DNA from: Neocallimastix sp. 'constans'
Taxonomy: Eukaryota
NCBI GenBank assembly: GCA_050613775.1
Contig: JBODTK010000118.1
Location: forward strand, 434,001 to 498,000
Direction of reading: 5' to 3'
DNA length: 64,000 bases
In this document: one piece after another, positions 26,229 through 39,961 of the stretch
Numbering within the stretch: the stretch's first letter is position 1
Layout: each line of letters starts with the position of its first letter
Notes under the pieces: model-generated
Seen by the model: the letters and a program-made list of their open reading frames with translations, nothing else
Databases searched by the model: none
What the model was told of the DNA's origin: nothing
Translations under genes and position numbers: made by a program

Positions 26229-28160
26229 TAAATCTATTGTATATTTATAAGTTTTATTTTTTTTCTCTCTTCTATATACACTTTTTATTAAATATTTTAT
26301 ATGGAGAAAAATAAATATTATTTATATAAAAATATTTTATATGGTATCCGACTTAAAAAAATAATAATATATGTTTGAATTAAATATGATAATAAACTGA
26401 AAAAGTAATATAATATTTATATGAATTTAGAATGATAATGATATATGGTTATTATTTTTTACAAAATTTCGATACTATTATTTTTTTTCTCGATTTAATA
26501 TACATAATATAGTGGTGAAGATAACATACATCAAAATGAAATAAAATATTATAACATTTTATATAGTAGTTTTTAAATTAATAATAATTGATGAAATAAA
26601 TATATTCATAAATATAACTGTATATTTTTTCAAAAACACAATTTATCTCAACAATTTTAAAACAATTTAATAGTCTATGCCAATTTTATTGATGCATATC
26701 ATTTTATGAACTTTGAAAATGAGTTGTAGTAAATTTTAAAATTCTTTTTAAAAAAAAAAAATAGAAATAGAAATAAAAATTTTAAAAATAATTATATTTT
26801 TTTTCCTTCTTTGATTATAAAAAAAAATTAAATTAAAAAAAAAAGAAAAAATAATTTTTAATTAATATTGGATGTGAATTTAAAATATAAATTAAATCAC
26901 AAAAAAATAAAAAAAAAAAAAATTAATTTAATTATACATAACTTTAATCTATAATAAATTTTATTATGATTAATTATACTTTAAAACATAAAAAAGTAAA
27001 TAATTTTCATGGATAGATGATTAATCAGTTAATTGTTAAATATGTATATAATAAATAATAACACTAATAACAATAATTATTCAAAATAAAAATTTCTTTG
27101 TTGTAGTAAAAAAAAAGTTATAAAAATATATAAAATAAGTTTAAAAATTTCTAAGCTTTTGAAAGTTTTTTTAAGTACTATATTAAATATTAAGATCATA
27201 AAAATAATCTATATAATTAATAAAAATATATAATAAATTTGATATTATTTGATATTATTTGATAGTATTTTAAAAATATTATTTTGATTTATAATTAATT
27301 ATATAAAATCTAATATATTTATAAATTTTTAATAATACAATATATTATATAATATATTACATTAAAATATAAATTATATTAATTTGTAATTTATATAAAT
27401 TTTTTAATATATTTACAATTTTTTTATATAATTAATGAATTATTTTATGTTTAATCTGTTAATATATATAATTAGCCATTTATATTATAAATAAATAAAT
27501 AAATAATAAATAATAAATAAATAAATAATAAATAAATAAATAATAAATTATATAAATAAATAATTATAAAAATACTCTTTATAATGTTAATTATTTTATT
27601 TATGTAACAATAATAAAATATTTATTGTTACTATAAAGAAAAATATATCTCTCTATAATAAATACGATTGTTATGTTTTGATATATACGTAAATAAAAAA
27701 AAATTTTATTTAATGATATTGATTGATTGATTAAATAATTATATTACCATAGTTTTTAATCTACTACAACTTAAAAAAGAGAATTTTAAAAATTACATAT
27801 TATAATTTTATTTTTTAATGATAAAATAATTTTGGTTTATTATTATCTTTTTATTTCTTTTAATTTAAAGAATAAAACAAATGTATTTAGACCTATTAAA
27901 ATATAACACATTCTAGTGTAACTGTTTTTTAATATTTTCATTGGTATTGGTATAACTATAAAAAAAATAATAATTTTTATTTAAAGCGATAAAAATATTT
28001 TAGATATTTGTTATTTTTTTTTTTTTTATTTTTTATAATATAAAAGTTGAATAATACTCATAATAAAAATAATAATCTTTATATCTTATTTTAAAACATA
28101 CTTAAAATAATTATTATCTTTTTTTTTTTTTTTTTATGAAAGTTGAATAATACTCATAAT

Positions 28161-28207
<47 letters not shown>

Positions 28208-28776
28208 ATGAATAAAACCAATACTAATAATAATGATAAAAAATTAAGTAAATAAATAGAAAATCTATTAATATAATATTTTTTTTGAGTACCTGTAAAG
28301 AATAAAGCCAATTCACTTTGACCTATGAAAATATTAAAATTTTTCTTATATTTATCCATCTTGAAGTATCCATTTTATAAGTATTTTACATAATTAATAT
28401 CATAAATATATATAAATATATATATAAAGAATAAAACCAATTTATTTATATATCTTACAATTTTTATTTTCAATATTTCATAATTTTTACTCTAAAAAAA
28501 TAGTTAATCATATTTTTATATTTAAGTGATAAACGAATTTTGGATAATTATTATTATTATTAAAAAAAAAATTATAGTTAATCATATTTTTATATTTAAG
28601 TGATAAACGAATTTTGGATAATTATTATTATTATTATTAAAAAAAATTAACTTTTATTATATAAATAAATATATTAATTCATTTGTTAATTTATTTATTC
28701 ATTCATTTATTATCATAGTTATTAACATTAAAAAAATAGATTATTTTTTATGTAAATAATACAACCAATTTACTTT

Positions 28777-28871
28777 TTTAATATTTTTATAGATATAAAA
28801 ACATTTATCTATGTAGAAATCTTTTAATTGGACAAATGTTTTTATATCTATAAAAATATTAAAGATTTCTA
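28777..28871. repeat. Interleaved inverted repeats (A-B-A'-B')
   Basis: 30-bp 28777-28806 pairs with 28834-28863; 11-bp 28814-28824 pairs with 28861-28871. Confidence 0.85.
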
Positions 28872-29579
28872 AAAAATTATATACATTGAATAGTAAATTA
28901 AATATGTAAAATATACTAACATCTTATAGTATACATAAATTGTTACAACTAAATGTTTTAGAGTTTAAAGTTTTAAAAAAAGTTTAAAATTACTTTTAAA
29001 TATATATATATATAGATTAATTCATAATAAATTAATAATTAATAATTAAAATATCAAAATTTCCTTTTTTTTTTTTTTTATTTACTTATTTTTATTTTTA
29101 TTTATTTTTTTTTTTTTTTTTTTTTTTTTCAAAATTTGAATTAAAAACTAATTTATATTAAGGTTTCATGTTATTTTATATTAACGGCATATAAAATATG
29201 ATATATATAAATAAATAAATGAATAAAGGATAATAAATAATTAATTAATTAAAGTGATATATTTATTTATTATTTATACCAATAAGAAAAAAAATAAAAT
29301 AAAAAATAAAATAAAATTAATCTATTTAAAATATTAGAATTAAAGTTTAATGTAAAAATAATATTTAAAGTTTCAAATTATATAAAAATATAAACATTGT
29401 TTGATTTTATTTAATAGGTAAAGTAATTATTTATTTATAATACAAAATGGCTTTGTTTTATAATAAAACTTCTATATTTCATTCTTCACTAATTTTATTT
29501 TGATATTAATTAATAATTAAAAAGAAAAACCTAATTAAAATATAATTTTTCAAAAGAAACTGTTATAAAATAATATTAT

Positions 29580-30320
29580 ACCTATAAGTTCTTTTGCTTA
29601 ACAACAAGAGTAGCATATTTACTGATTCCAAAGATCACTCCATTCATGAGCTCTCTTTAAAAAGTTTTTAATAGAGGATTTTGTAAAGGTCATAAAGACA
29701 ATATCATAAATAAATAGTCCAAAAAAAAAAAATTTACAAGAGCTTTCAAAGAAAAGTATAGATTAATAATGAACTGAAGGCATTTACCATGAATATCATT
29801 CATGAGAAAAAGCATAGTCCTTAATTCTTTTAGTTACAATTTTTGACAGATTCTTTAATCCTACATTGATGAATGATATACCGCGGTAATTATTACAATC
29901 TGAAAGATCCCCTTTCTTAGGAATAGAAATTATATAAGCAGATTCCATTTATCAGGGAACTTACCAGGGATTTTAAGAAACATTCGATTTTCATGACTGT
30001 ACATCTCAATAGTATTTTATAATGATTGAGAAATGGATAGGAATTAGAGAAAGAATTCAGGAATGAATTATAACCGACTTCTTTAAAATGAGCTAAGTCT
30101 GTCACGTTTTTCAGAGTTCCAACCATTAATATACCAGTTAGTATAGAGGTTAAAATATTGAGTATTCGAGAAGGGATTACGTACAGAAGACTATTAGAGA
30201 TAGGAATAAAAGGTTCAGAATAACACCTGGTTTTATTATAATTTATACTGTTAAATGTGAGAATCCTTGAAGTAATCTTCCAATTTATTCTTTTAATAGG
30301 TTAAGGGTTTCAGAATTTTT
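29580..30320 (-). mobile_element. LINE reverse-transcriptase region remnant (stops, frameshifts, rearranged)
   Basis: Minus-strand SIPKKGDLSDCNNYRGISFINVG and KIVTKRIKDYAFSH, typical of the N-terminal part of non-LTR RT. Confidence 0.85.
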
Positions 30321-30383
30321 AATTAAAAATCATTTATTATTATTTTTATTATTATTTTATTTGTTTTTTATTATTTTTTATTA

Positions 30384-31031
30384 TTATTTTTTTCCCTATA
30401 TTACTAATTTAAAATTAATAATATTTACATATTATAATATTTATATTAAATTAGAAAAAAATAAAGAATAATTAAATGTAAAATTTTTTTTCAGAATAAT
30501 TTATTTAGATATTTATTATTAGTAGTAATTTTTTATTAAATAAAAAATAAATTATTTCAAATAAACAATATAGTTATTTATTTTATTGTTATAATTTTAC
30601 ATTTAATTATTCTTTATTTTTTTCTAATTTAATATAAATATTATAATATGTAAATATTATTAATTTTAAATTAGTAATATAGGGAAAAAAATAACTATAT
30701 TGTTTATTTGAAATAATTTATTTTTTATTTAATAAAAAATTACTACTAATAATAAATATCTAAATAAATTATTCTGTATAAAAATTTTATATCTTTTTTT
30801 TTTTTTTTTTTCTATTTTTATTTTTATTTTTATTTTTATTTTTATTCAAAATCATTTATTAATAATTGTATAAAAAATATTTACATTTTTTTAATAATAA
30901 TAATTAAAAAATTATAATATAATAAAATAAATAACTGTATTGCTTATTTGAAATAATTTATTTTTTATTTAATAAAAAATTACTACTAATAATAAATATC
31001 TAAATAAATTATTCTGTATAAAAATTTTATA

Positions 31032-31065
<34 letters not shown>

Positions 31066-31125
31066 TCAAAATCATTTATTAATAATTGTATAAAAAATAT
31101 TTACATTTTTTTAATAATAATAATA
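30384..31125. repeat. Long interleaved inverted repeats plus direct duplication
   Basis: 30384-30485 = revcomp of 30593-30694; 30492-30579 = revcomp of 30689-30776; 30691-30903 repeated directly at 30931-31124. Confidence 0.9.
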
Positions 31126-31399
31126 TAAATTAAATAATTATCTATTATTTTTTAAGTTATTATAATTGATATTATGATTTATTTTTTAATCTCTATTACT
31201 ATGATTTTAGATTAATGATAAAAAAAAAAAAAAAAAAAAAATTTTTTTATATGATTCTATTTTTTTTAATATGAAATTGTTTATTAATCGTTATTTGTTT
31301 TATTGCATGCTAATTTATTTATATATTAATATATTTTATTATGTATTTATTTAAAATTTTATTTATCAATTTATTTATTTTTATCTTTTTTTTTTTTCT

Positions 31400-33449
31400 C
31401 TAAAAGTCCGTATTACTAAAGTTACACCATCCGTCTTTTATTGGTATACAGTTTAGATAACCACACCATTTACAAACTTTTTCATTAAAGTAAAAGTGTC
31501 TAAATGACCAAAAAAATAAAATGATTGAAGCAAAAAGAGAAAGCACCATTGAAATTCTTTTAATAGCCAGCCCTCTTCTACTGAAAACTATAATTGGTAA
31601 AAAGATAGTACCCATAAGTAAACCCATAATAAAACCACCGATATGAGCAAAATTATCAATATATGGAATTAATCCAAAACTAAAAGAAACAATAATGATA
31701 AATAATAATTTTAATAATTCTTTCCATGCATTAATAACAATTTTCCAACTTTGTATTAAATCAAGCAAAAGACAAGCTAATAAACCTATTAATTAATTAA
31801 AATAAAACAAATATAATAAAATTTTAAATTAGTTAATCAAGATCTACATAACATAATACTTTAATTATTAGAAATTTTTATAATTTTTTTTTTTTTTTGT
31901 TTTATTATATTTTATTAAAAATTCATATATAAATATTTACCATAAAGTGCACCAGAACATCCAACACTTGGTGTATACCCTACAGATTTAGCTTCAAACA
32001 TGAACCCATAAATACCACTAACAATATAAATAATAATCATTCTCCAAGTACCATATTCTCTTTCCATTGGAAAACCAGTACGTATTTGGAAAACTAAATT
32101 AAAAGCAAGATGGGCAACACCAGCATGTAAGAAAATTGGAATAACAAAACGATACCACTGATTAGGCTTATCTCCTACTTTCATATTTAATCCACAAATA
32201 TCTGCAAGTTCACAATATTGACGAGCATCTGTTGTATTTTTTCTATTATTAACTTCTGAGCTTTGTAAAATATTTATATTAGTATTATTATTATTGTCAT
32301 TATAATTGTTAGTAAATCCATTAGTATTATAATTTTGATTATATTGATCATTATTCCAATTATTATTATTAGATTGAACATTTTGAATATTATTCCAATT
32401 AGATTCATAACTAATATTTTGTGTATTTTGATTATTAACATTAACATTATTATTATTCCAATTATTAGTTTGAAAATATTGACCATTATTTAAATTATTG
32501 GTATTATAATTATTGGTAGTGATATCATTATTAGTATTTTGTATATATTGAATTCCCTTAGCATTATCGTCGTTATCTTGTACAAATCTTCTCTTTGTAA
32601 AAGTACTATCATAGATATATTTCGTATTATTCTTTTCAATAAATTTTAAATCACTTTTTGGTAAAACACCAGGTGGACATTCATAACCTGTGAAATTAGT
32701 TTTTTGCATACATGGAAGAAATCTTGCACCCATACCAATTAAAATCTAAATGGTAATAAAAAAAATTAATATATATATATAAATAATATAAATTATAAAA
32801 AAAAATAAAATAAAATAATAATTTAATTAATTACACTTGGATAAGGTCCGATCATTGGATTTTCAGCTATATCAGCAATAATTTTACCACTACTATAATA
32901 ATTTTTCCAAATGGAAAAACCTAATATTAAAACTTGAATTATTGTTATAATATACATAAAATAAGGTGTATGTTTTTTCATTGCTTGAATTTGTCGTATC
33001 ACTTCTGGATCATATAAGGCACTTGGCATCTTCAAATTCTTTTTTTTATTTGAATTAACATCATTAGTTGTTTTTTCAATTTTTGGTTCTGGTATTTTAA
33101 CTAAACTTTCATTTTCTTCACGAATACTATCCATATTAATAGAATAGGAGAGATTTGGTGATCTTAAATTTCTGTAAAAAGATTGATTTAAGATGTTATA
33201 GCTACCTGAGTTAGAGTAATAACTCAAAATTCGACTCTGTCTCATTTGTTTATAGGTACTATTTCTTTGATGAAATGAGAAACCACTTGGTTGCTCAAAA
33301 CTAACATCTTCATCTTCAGCACTAATCCATTTCCATGCATCATTACAAGATTTTTTAATATAAGTACTTGTTCTTCTTGAGTTTCGATAGCCACGATCGC
33401 CACGATCGCCACGACTTTTACGATAACTTCTAGAATAGTTATGACTCAT
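31400..33449 (-). CDS. Rhomboid intramembrane serine protease, paralog 2 (Asn-rich insertion in Cys-rich loop); exons 33449-32835, 32745-31941, 31785-31400
   Basis: NQWYRFVIPIFLHAGVAHLAFN, GCSGALYG, DNFAHIGGFIMG; same two intron positions as paralog 1. Confidence 0.93.
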
Positions 33450-36400
33450 TTTCTTCTTTTCGTTTTAAATATTAATATTTTTATTTCTATTATTATTATT
33501 TTTATAATTTATACATAAACTACTGAATTTTAACTATGTATTCAAGAATATAACTTCAAACTACTGAAATATTTTATTTGATAATTAATTATAAACAATT
33601 ATTAAAAGCATACTTAATTTATTTATTTAAAAGTAAAAGAACAAAAGCTATTGTTATGTAATATATAGTTTTTGTTCTTGTGAAAATACTTTCAAATATT
33701 TATTATATTCCTTTTTCTTTAATATTAACTTATTATTTTTTTTTTATTTATTTATAAAATATTTAAATATTATTGTAAAAATAAATTTATTATAATAATG
33801 AATTTATATTATTTCGTTGTTATAAATATTTATATATTTTTTATTTCATTTATACATAAAATAAAAATTAATATTTATATCAAATAAATAATTTATAAAT
33901 TTAATTATTTATATCAAATAAATAATATATAAATCCTAATTTATTTTTTTAATTTACTATTTATATCAAATAAATAATAAATATTCTTCTGATTAATTAC
34001 TTTGTTTTTTTTATTATATGAAAATAATAAATCAAAATTATTATTTTTTTTAAATTCTATTGTACTGTTAATATACAAAATAATATTTTTTATATAGAAA
34101 TTAACACATCTAAAAGTATTATTTAAAATATTAAATAAATAAAAGTAAAAATAAAAAAATGAATAAATATATATACAGAAATAATATAAAATTTCTAATT
34201 ATACATAAATAAAAAAGTAAAAATAAAAGGTAGATTTCCTTTTTTTATTTAAAAAGTCTTTTTATTTTATTTATTTTTATTCAATATTTTTTTTTAATTA
34301 AAAAAAGAAAGTTTTATTGGTACTATTTCTGTATATATATATTTTTTATTTATTTATTTTTTTTTTTTTTTTATTTTTTATTTTATTAATTTTTAATAAT
34401 AAACAAAGTTTCAACGGTTACACCAAAAAAACAGTATTGATTATACTTTATTATATACTAAAAAAATTTTTTTTTAATTAATATTTTATCAAAACATAAT
34501 TAATTCTTATATTAAGATTAATATCAAAAATTAAAATTAAAATTTAAATATTAAAATTTAAATATTAAAATTTAAATATTAAAAAAATATATATATAAAA
34601 TAAAAAAATAAATAAAAAATTAAAAATAAAAATATATATATATAAAAAGAATTAGAATTAATACTATATCAAGTTGTCTCCAAGATTTATTCGTTAATTT
34701 ATTTTTAAAGTAATCTAAATATTAATTATAAATTAAAAATTTATATATATAAAACGAATAATACTTATTTCACAATAATGACTATTATCATTTAAATGAT
34801 AATTTATATATTTTTACTAATTTAAATAATAAAAATAAAATTATTAATAAATATAAAACATATTAATATCAGAAAGCATACCGTTACTATAAATAAAGAA
34901 ATTATTTTTAATTTAATTATTTATTAAAATAATAATTTTTTTTTATTATTATTATTTGATATACAATAAATAGGATAATATTTAAACATTATATAAAAAT
35001 ATAGAAAAAAAAATTAAAATTGATAAGATTGGAAATAAATCAATTTTTATATATATAAAATATATAAATAAAATTAGAAATTAATATTATAGGTATTATG
35101 TAATATATATTTAATAGATTGTTTAATAAACTAATTTTATAAGAATATAAAATAGTTATTAGTAATTTGAAAAATAAAATAAAATTAAAAAAAAATTTTT
35201 TTATAAAAAAAATAAAAAATATTAAAATATTATTTATTTAGTGATTTATTAATATTTATATATATAGATATTAATATATAATAAAATAAAATAAAAAAGT
35301 CATATAAAAACTTTCCCTTGATTATTGGCTATATTTAAAATATTTAAAATTAGCATAATAAAATATAATGTAATTTATAAAATTTATATTATTTAATAAT
35401 CTCATACTATTATATAAATCTGTCCAACCTTTTCAAACTTTAATATTAATAATAAATTACTTATTAATTAAGAAATGATATGTTGAAAAATACAAAATAT
35501 AAATGTATGTAACTTTAATATAATAATTCGTATTACATGAGTTTGATATTTTATGTGTAATAATTTCTGTATCTACAATGTTGATAATATTTAAACACTA
35601 TTGTTATGTTTTAAAGTTTATAGTTTCATACATAAATAACTAAATAAATAATAAATAATCTTTAGATTAATGACATTTATTATTTATTATTTATTATTTT
35701 ATTATTGATTATTGATTATTGATTATTGATTATTGAATTAATTATTTATTATTTACTATTTATTTATTCATTTATTTATTTATTTATTTATTTCGTTATT
35801 TCACAATTTTTATTTAAATGTTTATTTATTATACAACTTCACAACTTTTAATATTATATTTTTCAAAAAATAGTTTTTTTATTTACAAAAATATATTAAT
35901 ATTATTTATATATATAGTCAAATTGAATTAATTATAGATCAACTAATATAATTTTATTTACATATTATATATTAATTTATATGTAGTTATTCTCAATAGT
36001 AATAATTTAAAAACATGATAAACTTATATATAATTTTAACAAAACATTGTATTTCCAGTTTTAATCCAAGATTTCTGGATCGATCCTTGGCACGCCTTCT
36101 TAATTTATATAGGTTATTTTCTCCCTGCTATGGGGTTTTTCCAATAAAAGAAATTTAAAGTTCGCTCACCATGGTAAATATGATTTACATATTGTCTCGG
36201 ACTATATTAAGGCCTTGTGTTAAGGTTCTTAGTATTTTGAAGGAGTATAGAATATTATAATACATTACATTTACTAACAAAATTGGTTTGGCCAATTAGT
36301 AACTGTACAATATATTATATTATTATATTTGCTTGTAGTGATCCATATGTATTGAAAATAACATGGCACTAGGTTGTACTTACAGTATATATAAATATCT

Positions 36401-36654
36401 ATATATATATATGGTAGGTCGTCATATATGTATATATAGATATATATATAAATAAAAAGCTTTAAATTAATATATATATATATATATAACATACAGAAAA
36501 AATAAAATTATAGAACAAAATTCTATTATTCAATAAAATATAAATCCAAAAGTAAATTAATAAAACATAAATCTATTTTAATATAATACAAAAATATTAT
36601 TGGCTCAAATATAACTACTGGTAATTAATTAATTATTTAATAAATAACAATTAT

Positions 36655-36684
36655 TAATATTATTAATATTATTATTAATATTAA

Positions 36685-36752
<68 letters not shown>

Positions 36753-36808
36753 TAATTATTATTATTATTATTATTATTATAATTATTATTAATATTATTA
36801 TTATTATA

Positions 36809-36856
<48 letters not shown>
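36655..36856. repeat. (TTA)n microsatellite, ~200 bp
   Basis: Near-continuous tattattat run. Confidence 0.95.
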
Positions 36857-36985
36857 TATTTATTTTTTATTTTTTTTTTATTTATTTTTCTTTTTTTTTT
36901 AAAAAAAAAAGGAAAAAAAATAGATTTTTATTATTTAATAATAAATAATAAAAACATTTTTTTTTGTAAAATATTTTATTTTTAG

Positions 36986-37320
36986 CTATTGCTTCTGTTA
37001 ATCTTCAATGATTTATTCATATACTGGACCAAACACTATTGCTTAACTTTTGATGATGGTCCAAGTAATTATACTTTAGAATTACTTAATGCTTCAAGAG
37101 GTGCTGGAATCCATCCTTCATTCTTTATCAATGGTAAAAGTTAATTTAGTAATATTACTGACAATAAAAATGCTCAAAATATTATTGGTAAAGTTGCTAC
37201 TGATGGTCACCAAATTGCTATTCACACTTGGAGCTCACCTTGTTATACCAACTAACCCAGAAAGACTAATGAATATTGATAAATCAAATGATCTTATTGA
37301 AAATGTTGCCTTTTTTAGTA
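36986..37320 (+). pseudogene. Polysaccharide/chitin deacetylase (CE4, NodB) pseudogene
   Basis: GPNTIA-(frameshift)-TFDDGPSNYTLELLNA, GAGIHPSFFING, DGHQIAIHTW motifs broken by several indels. Confidence 0.85.
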
Positions 37321-37747
37321 ATGTTGGTTATCTTTTTTACATTAAAAATAATGAATATTGAAAATAAAAATATTATAATAGTAAAATAGAGGAAAATATA
37401 ACAATTCCAAAAAGAAATAATTGAAGTAACTTATGATGGAAGTGAAAATCCTTTTTAAATATTAATGATGTATATGTTAACTTACTGTGATGATGTAGGT
37501 GGTGGTTTTGGTATAAATTGCTTTGCGATTTTATGTAATTTTGAAGGTAGTAATGATAAAAATATTAATAATTTTTTGTGTTGGTATTACCAGTAGAAAC
37601 TGTAACCTGGATGATGATTACGGTGATTGCTCTGATAATTGAACCGATGATGATTGCATAATTATTTAAACTATATATAAGTATATTTATATTATTATTA
37701 TTTAATACCTATTAATATTCAAATTTCATTATATGATCTCAAAATTT

Positions 37748-37835
37748 GGGAGCGCCAAGTTTCATTTCACCAAGTGGCGTATTAGTAAAAAGTTGCATTT
37801 TAATGACACGCCACTTTAGCGAAATGCAACCTCCC
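37748..37835. mobile_element. GC-rich imperfect hairpin, MITE-like or collapsed TIR pair
   Basis: gggag/ctccc, gtttcatttc/gaaatgcaac and aagtggcgt/acgccactt nested inverted matches. Confidence 0.55.
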
Positions 37836-38690
37836 ATAATAATAATATAGTAATAAAGGGTTAAGGATACTTCAAAATGAAATTTCAATTTTTGATGTCA
37901 ATCATAGAACTTCTGAAGAAACAAAATTTACAATAGATTAAAATAAGAAAGATATTGATAAAACTGAAATTATTAAGGTTAGAATTAATAATGAAAAATA
38001 TAATGATAATTGCTCAAAATCAACCATAACTATAGAACAAAATTGTGAAGTGTTTTATCTTTAGGATATTTATTCAAATAATATTATTAAAAAGGAAATT
38101 TATAATAAAGAAATTCCGAAAAAATATTTTTTCAATAGTTGAAACAAAAAGGAATAGAAAAATATAAAATTGAGTTTTGTCAACATAGTAAAAGAAAAAT
38201 TAGAATCTTTTGAAACGATTAGTGATCAGTAGATTTAAAATGTTAAATAAAGTCGAATATTAAGATAAATTTCAAAATAATTATTATTATATCGCAGAAT
38301 GATAACCTAAAAAAAAATTAAGCCATCAAAGAAAAAAAATTTATGCTTAACCGTCCCTACTTAGTTTGTGCCTGTTTTTTTTTTTTTTTTTTTTTTTTAT
38401 TGTGGAAATAATGAATGTTGTTCTAAAAAGAAAAGTTTAGATAAAGCTAATAAAATATTAAGGAACCCATATAATTGGAAAACATACTTCATTTTAATTA
38501 AATATATATCATGAAAGGTTTTACATATATATATTTATTTATTTTTATTTTGATAAAATATCTTTATTTTATATTTAATTAAATATTATATTAACCAAAT
38601 ATTTTACTAAATTTTAGAATGGAATGAAATTATAAGTATTGAACCTTGTCTTTCATTTTTTTTTTTTTTCAATTCGTATATGCTACTAAA

Positions 38691-38965
38691 TTTTTTTTTT
38701 TTTTTTAGACTAGGAAGAGAATACACTTCCAGTACTTATTAAATATATGATAATATTTATATATATTATATTTTTTTTTAAAAAAAAACACATTATAAAA
38801 TTTAAATATAAAAATAAAACCTGAACTTAAATGAGGGTATTCATGGCAGAGCTTGAATAGATTTCTAGTATTTATAAATTTGAAGTTATCGTAAATTGTA
38901 CCTTTAATTCCTTGGAATTTAGCAACATCAGACCAATAAGATTCAATAACATCTTTGATGTTAAG
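38691..38965 (-). mobile_element. LINE-like 3' terminus (family B) plus ORF2 C-terminal fragment
   Basis: Poly-T followed by agactaggaagagaatacacttcc (also at 47633, 48795); minus-strand YDNFKFINTRNLFKLCHEYPHLSSGF. Confidence 0.55.
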
Positions 38966-39445
38966 TAATGGTGTTCTACCATATTCACTTTATTTATTTA
39001 TATTTGCTCCATGTACTACTAAAGATTATATTAGGTTTTTTTTTATCCATTCTTGTATTCATTAAATAATGGTGTTTCACCATACTCATTTTCTTTATTG
39101 ACATTTGTTCCAAGTTTTATTAAATATTCTACAATTCTTTACTTCCATTTGTATATTCCTGAAATAGTGGTATATTTCACCGAATCTAATTTCTTTATTT
39201 ATATTTACTTCAAGAATCTACTAAAAATTCAGTTAAAATATACATTAAATAATGGTGTTTCACCTTTTTAATTTTCTTTATTTATATTTACTTCGAGTTC
39301 TATTTAATATTATACTAAATCCTTTATTCTACTTTTTCATGTCTAAAATAATGATGTTTTACTATATTCATTTTCTTTATTTAAATCTTTTTCGTGTTTT
39401 ATCAAAAATTCTACTAATTCTTAATTTCCATTTTTTTTTTCTTTA
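38965..39445 (-). pseudogene. Ankyrin-repeat protein pseudogene
   Basis: Minus-strand LGTNVNKENEYGETPLFN, GANINK*SEYGRTPL and a further KGETPLFN, with in-frame stops. Confidence 0.8.
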
Positions 39446-39914
39446 AATGCACTAAAACGAAGCTTATTTTTTTTTTTTTTTACTATCACCTTTGGTACCA
39501 CGAGAATTAAGATAGTCTCAGTGAACTCCATAGAAGGTGGGATAAATTCTAAAAATAATATATTTAAGTTGCTATTTAGACACAATGAAATTACCAACAA
39601 TAACAGAAATGTTATTCTTATGATTCTTGAACCAATTAGTAAGTGTATTAAAAAATTTATAAAAAAAAAAATTCATGAGATGGAACGAATCAATTCCTAG
39701 AGGAATATAAAAAAAAGTACCATAATTACATAACCATCCAAAAAAAAAAAATAAAAATAAAAATAAAAAAATTTACATGATAAATATAACATTATAGTAT
39801 TATACTTGAATGATTCATGCATGAGCCCAATTGAAGGCAATACATCCATAAGGGGGGCTTTTAATCATAAAAAAAAAATAAAACAATAAAATAATATAAA
39901 ATAAAATAAAATAT

Positions 39915-39954
<40 letters not shown>

Positions 39955-39961
<7 letters not shown>

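Noticed and set aside
37870..38300. Possible decayed ORF after the hairpin
   Set aside because: Too degenerate to assign
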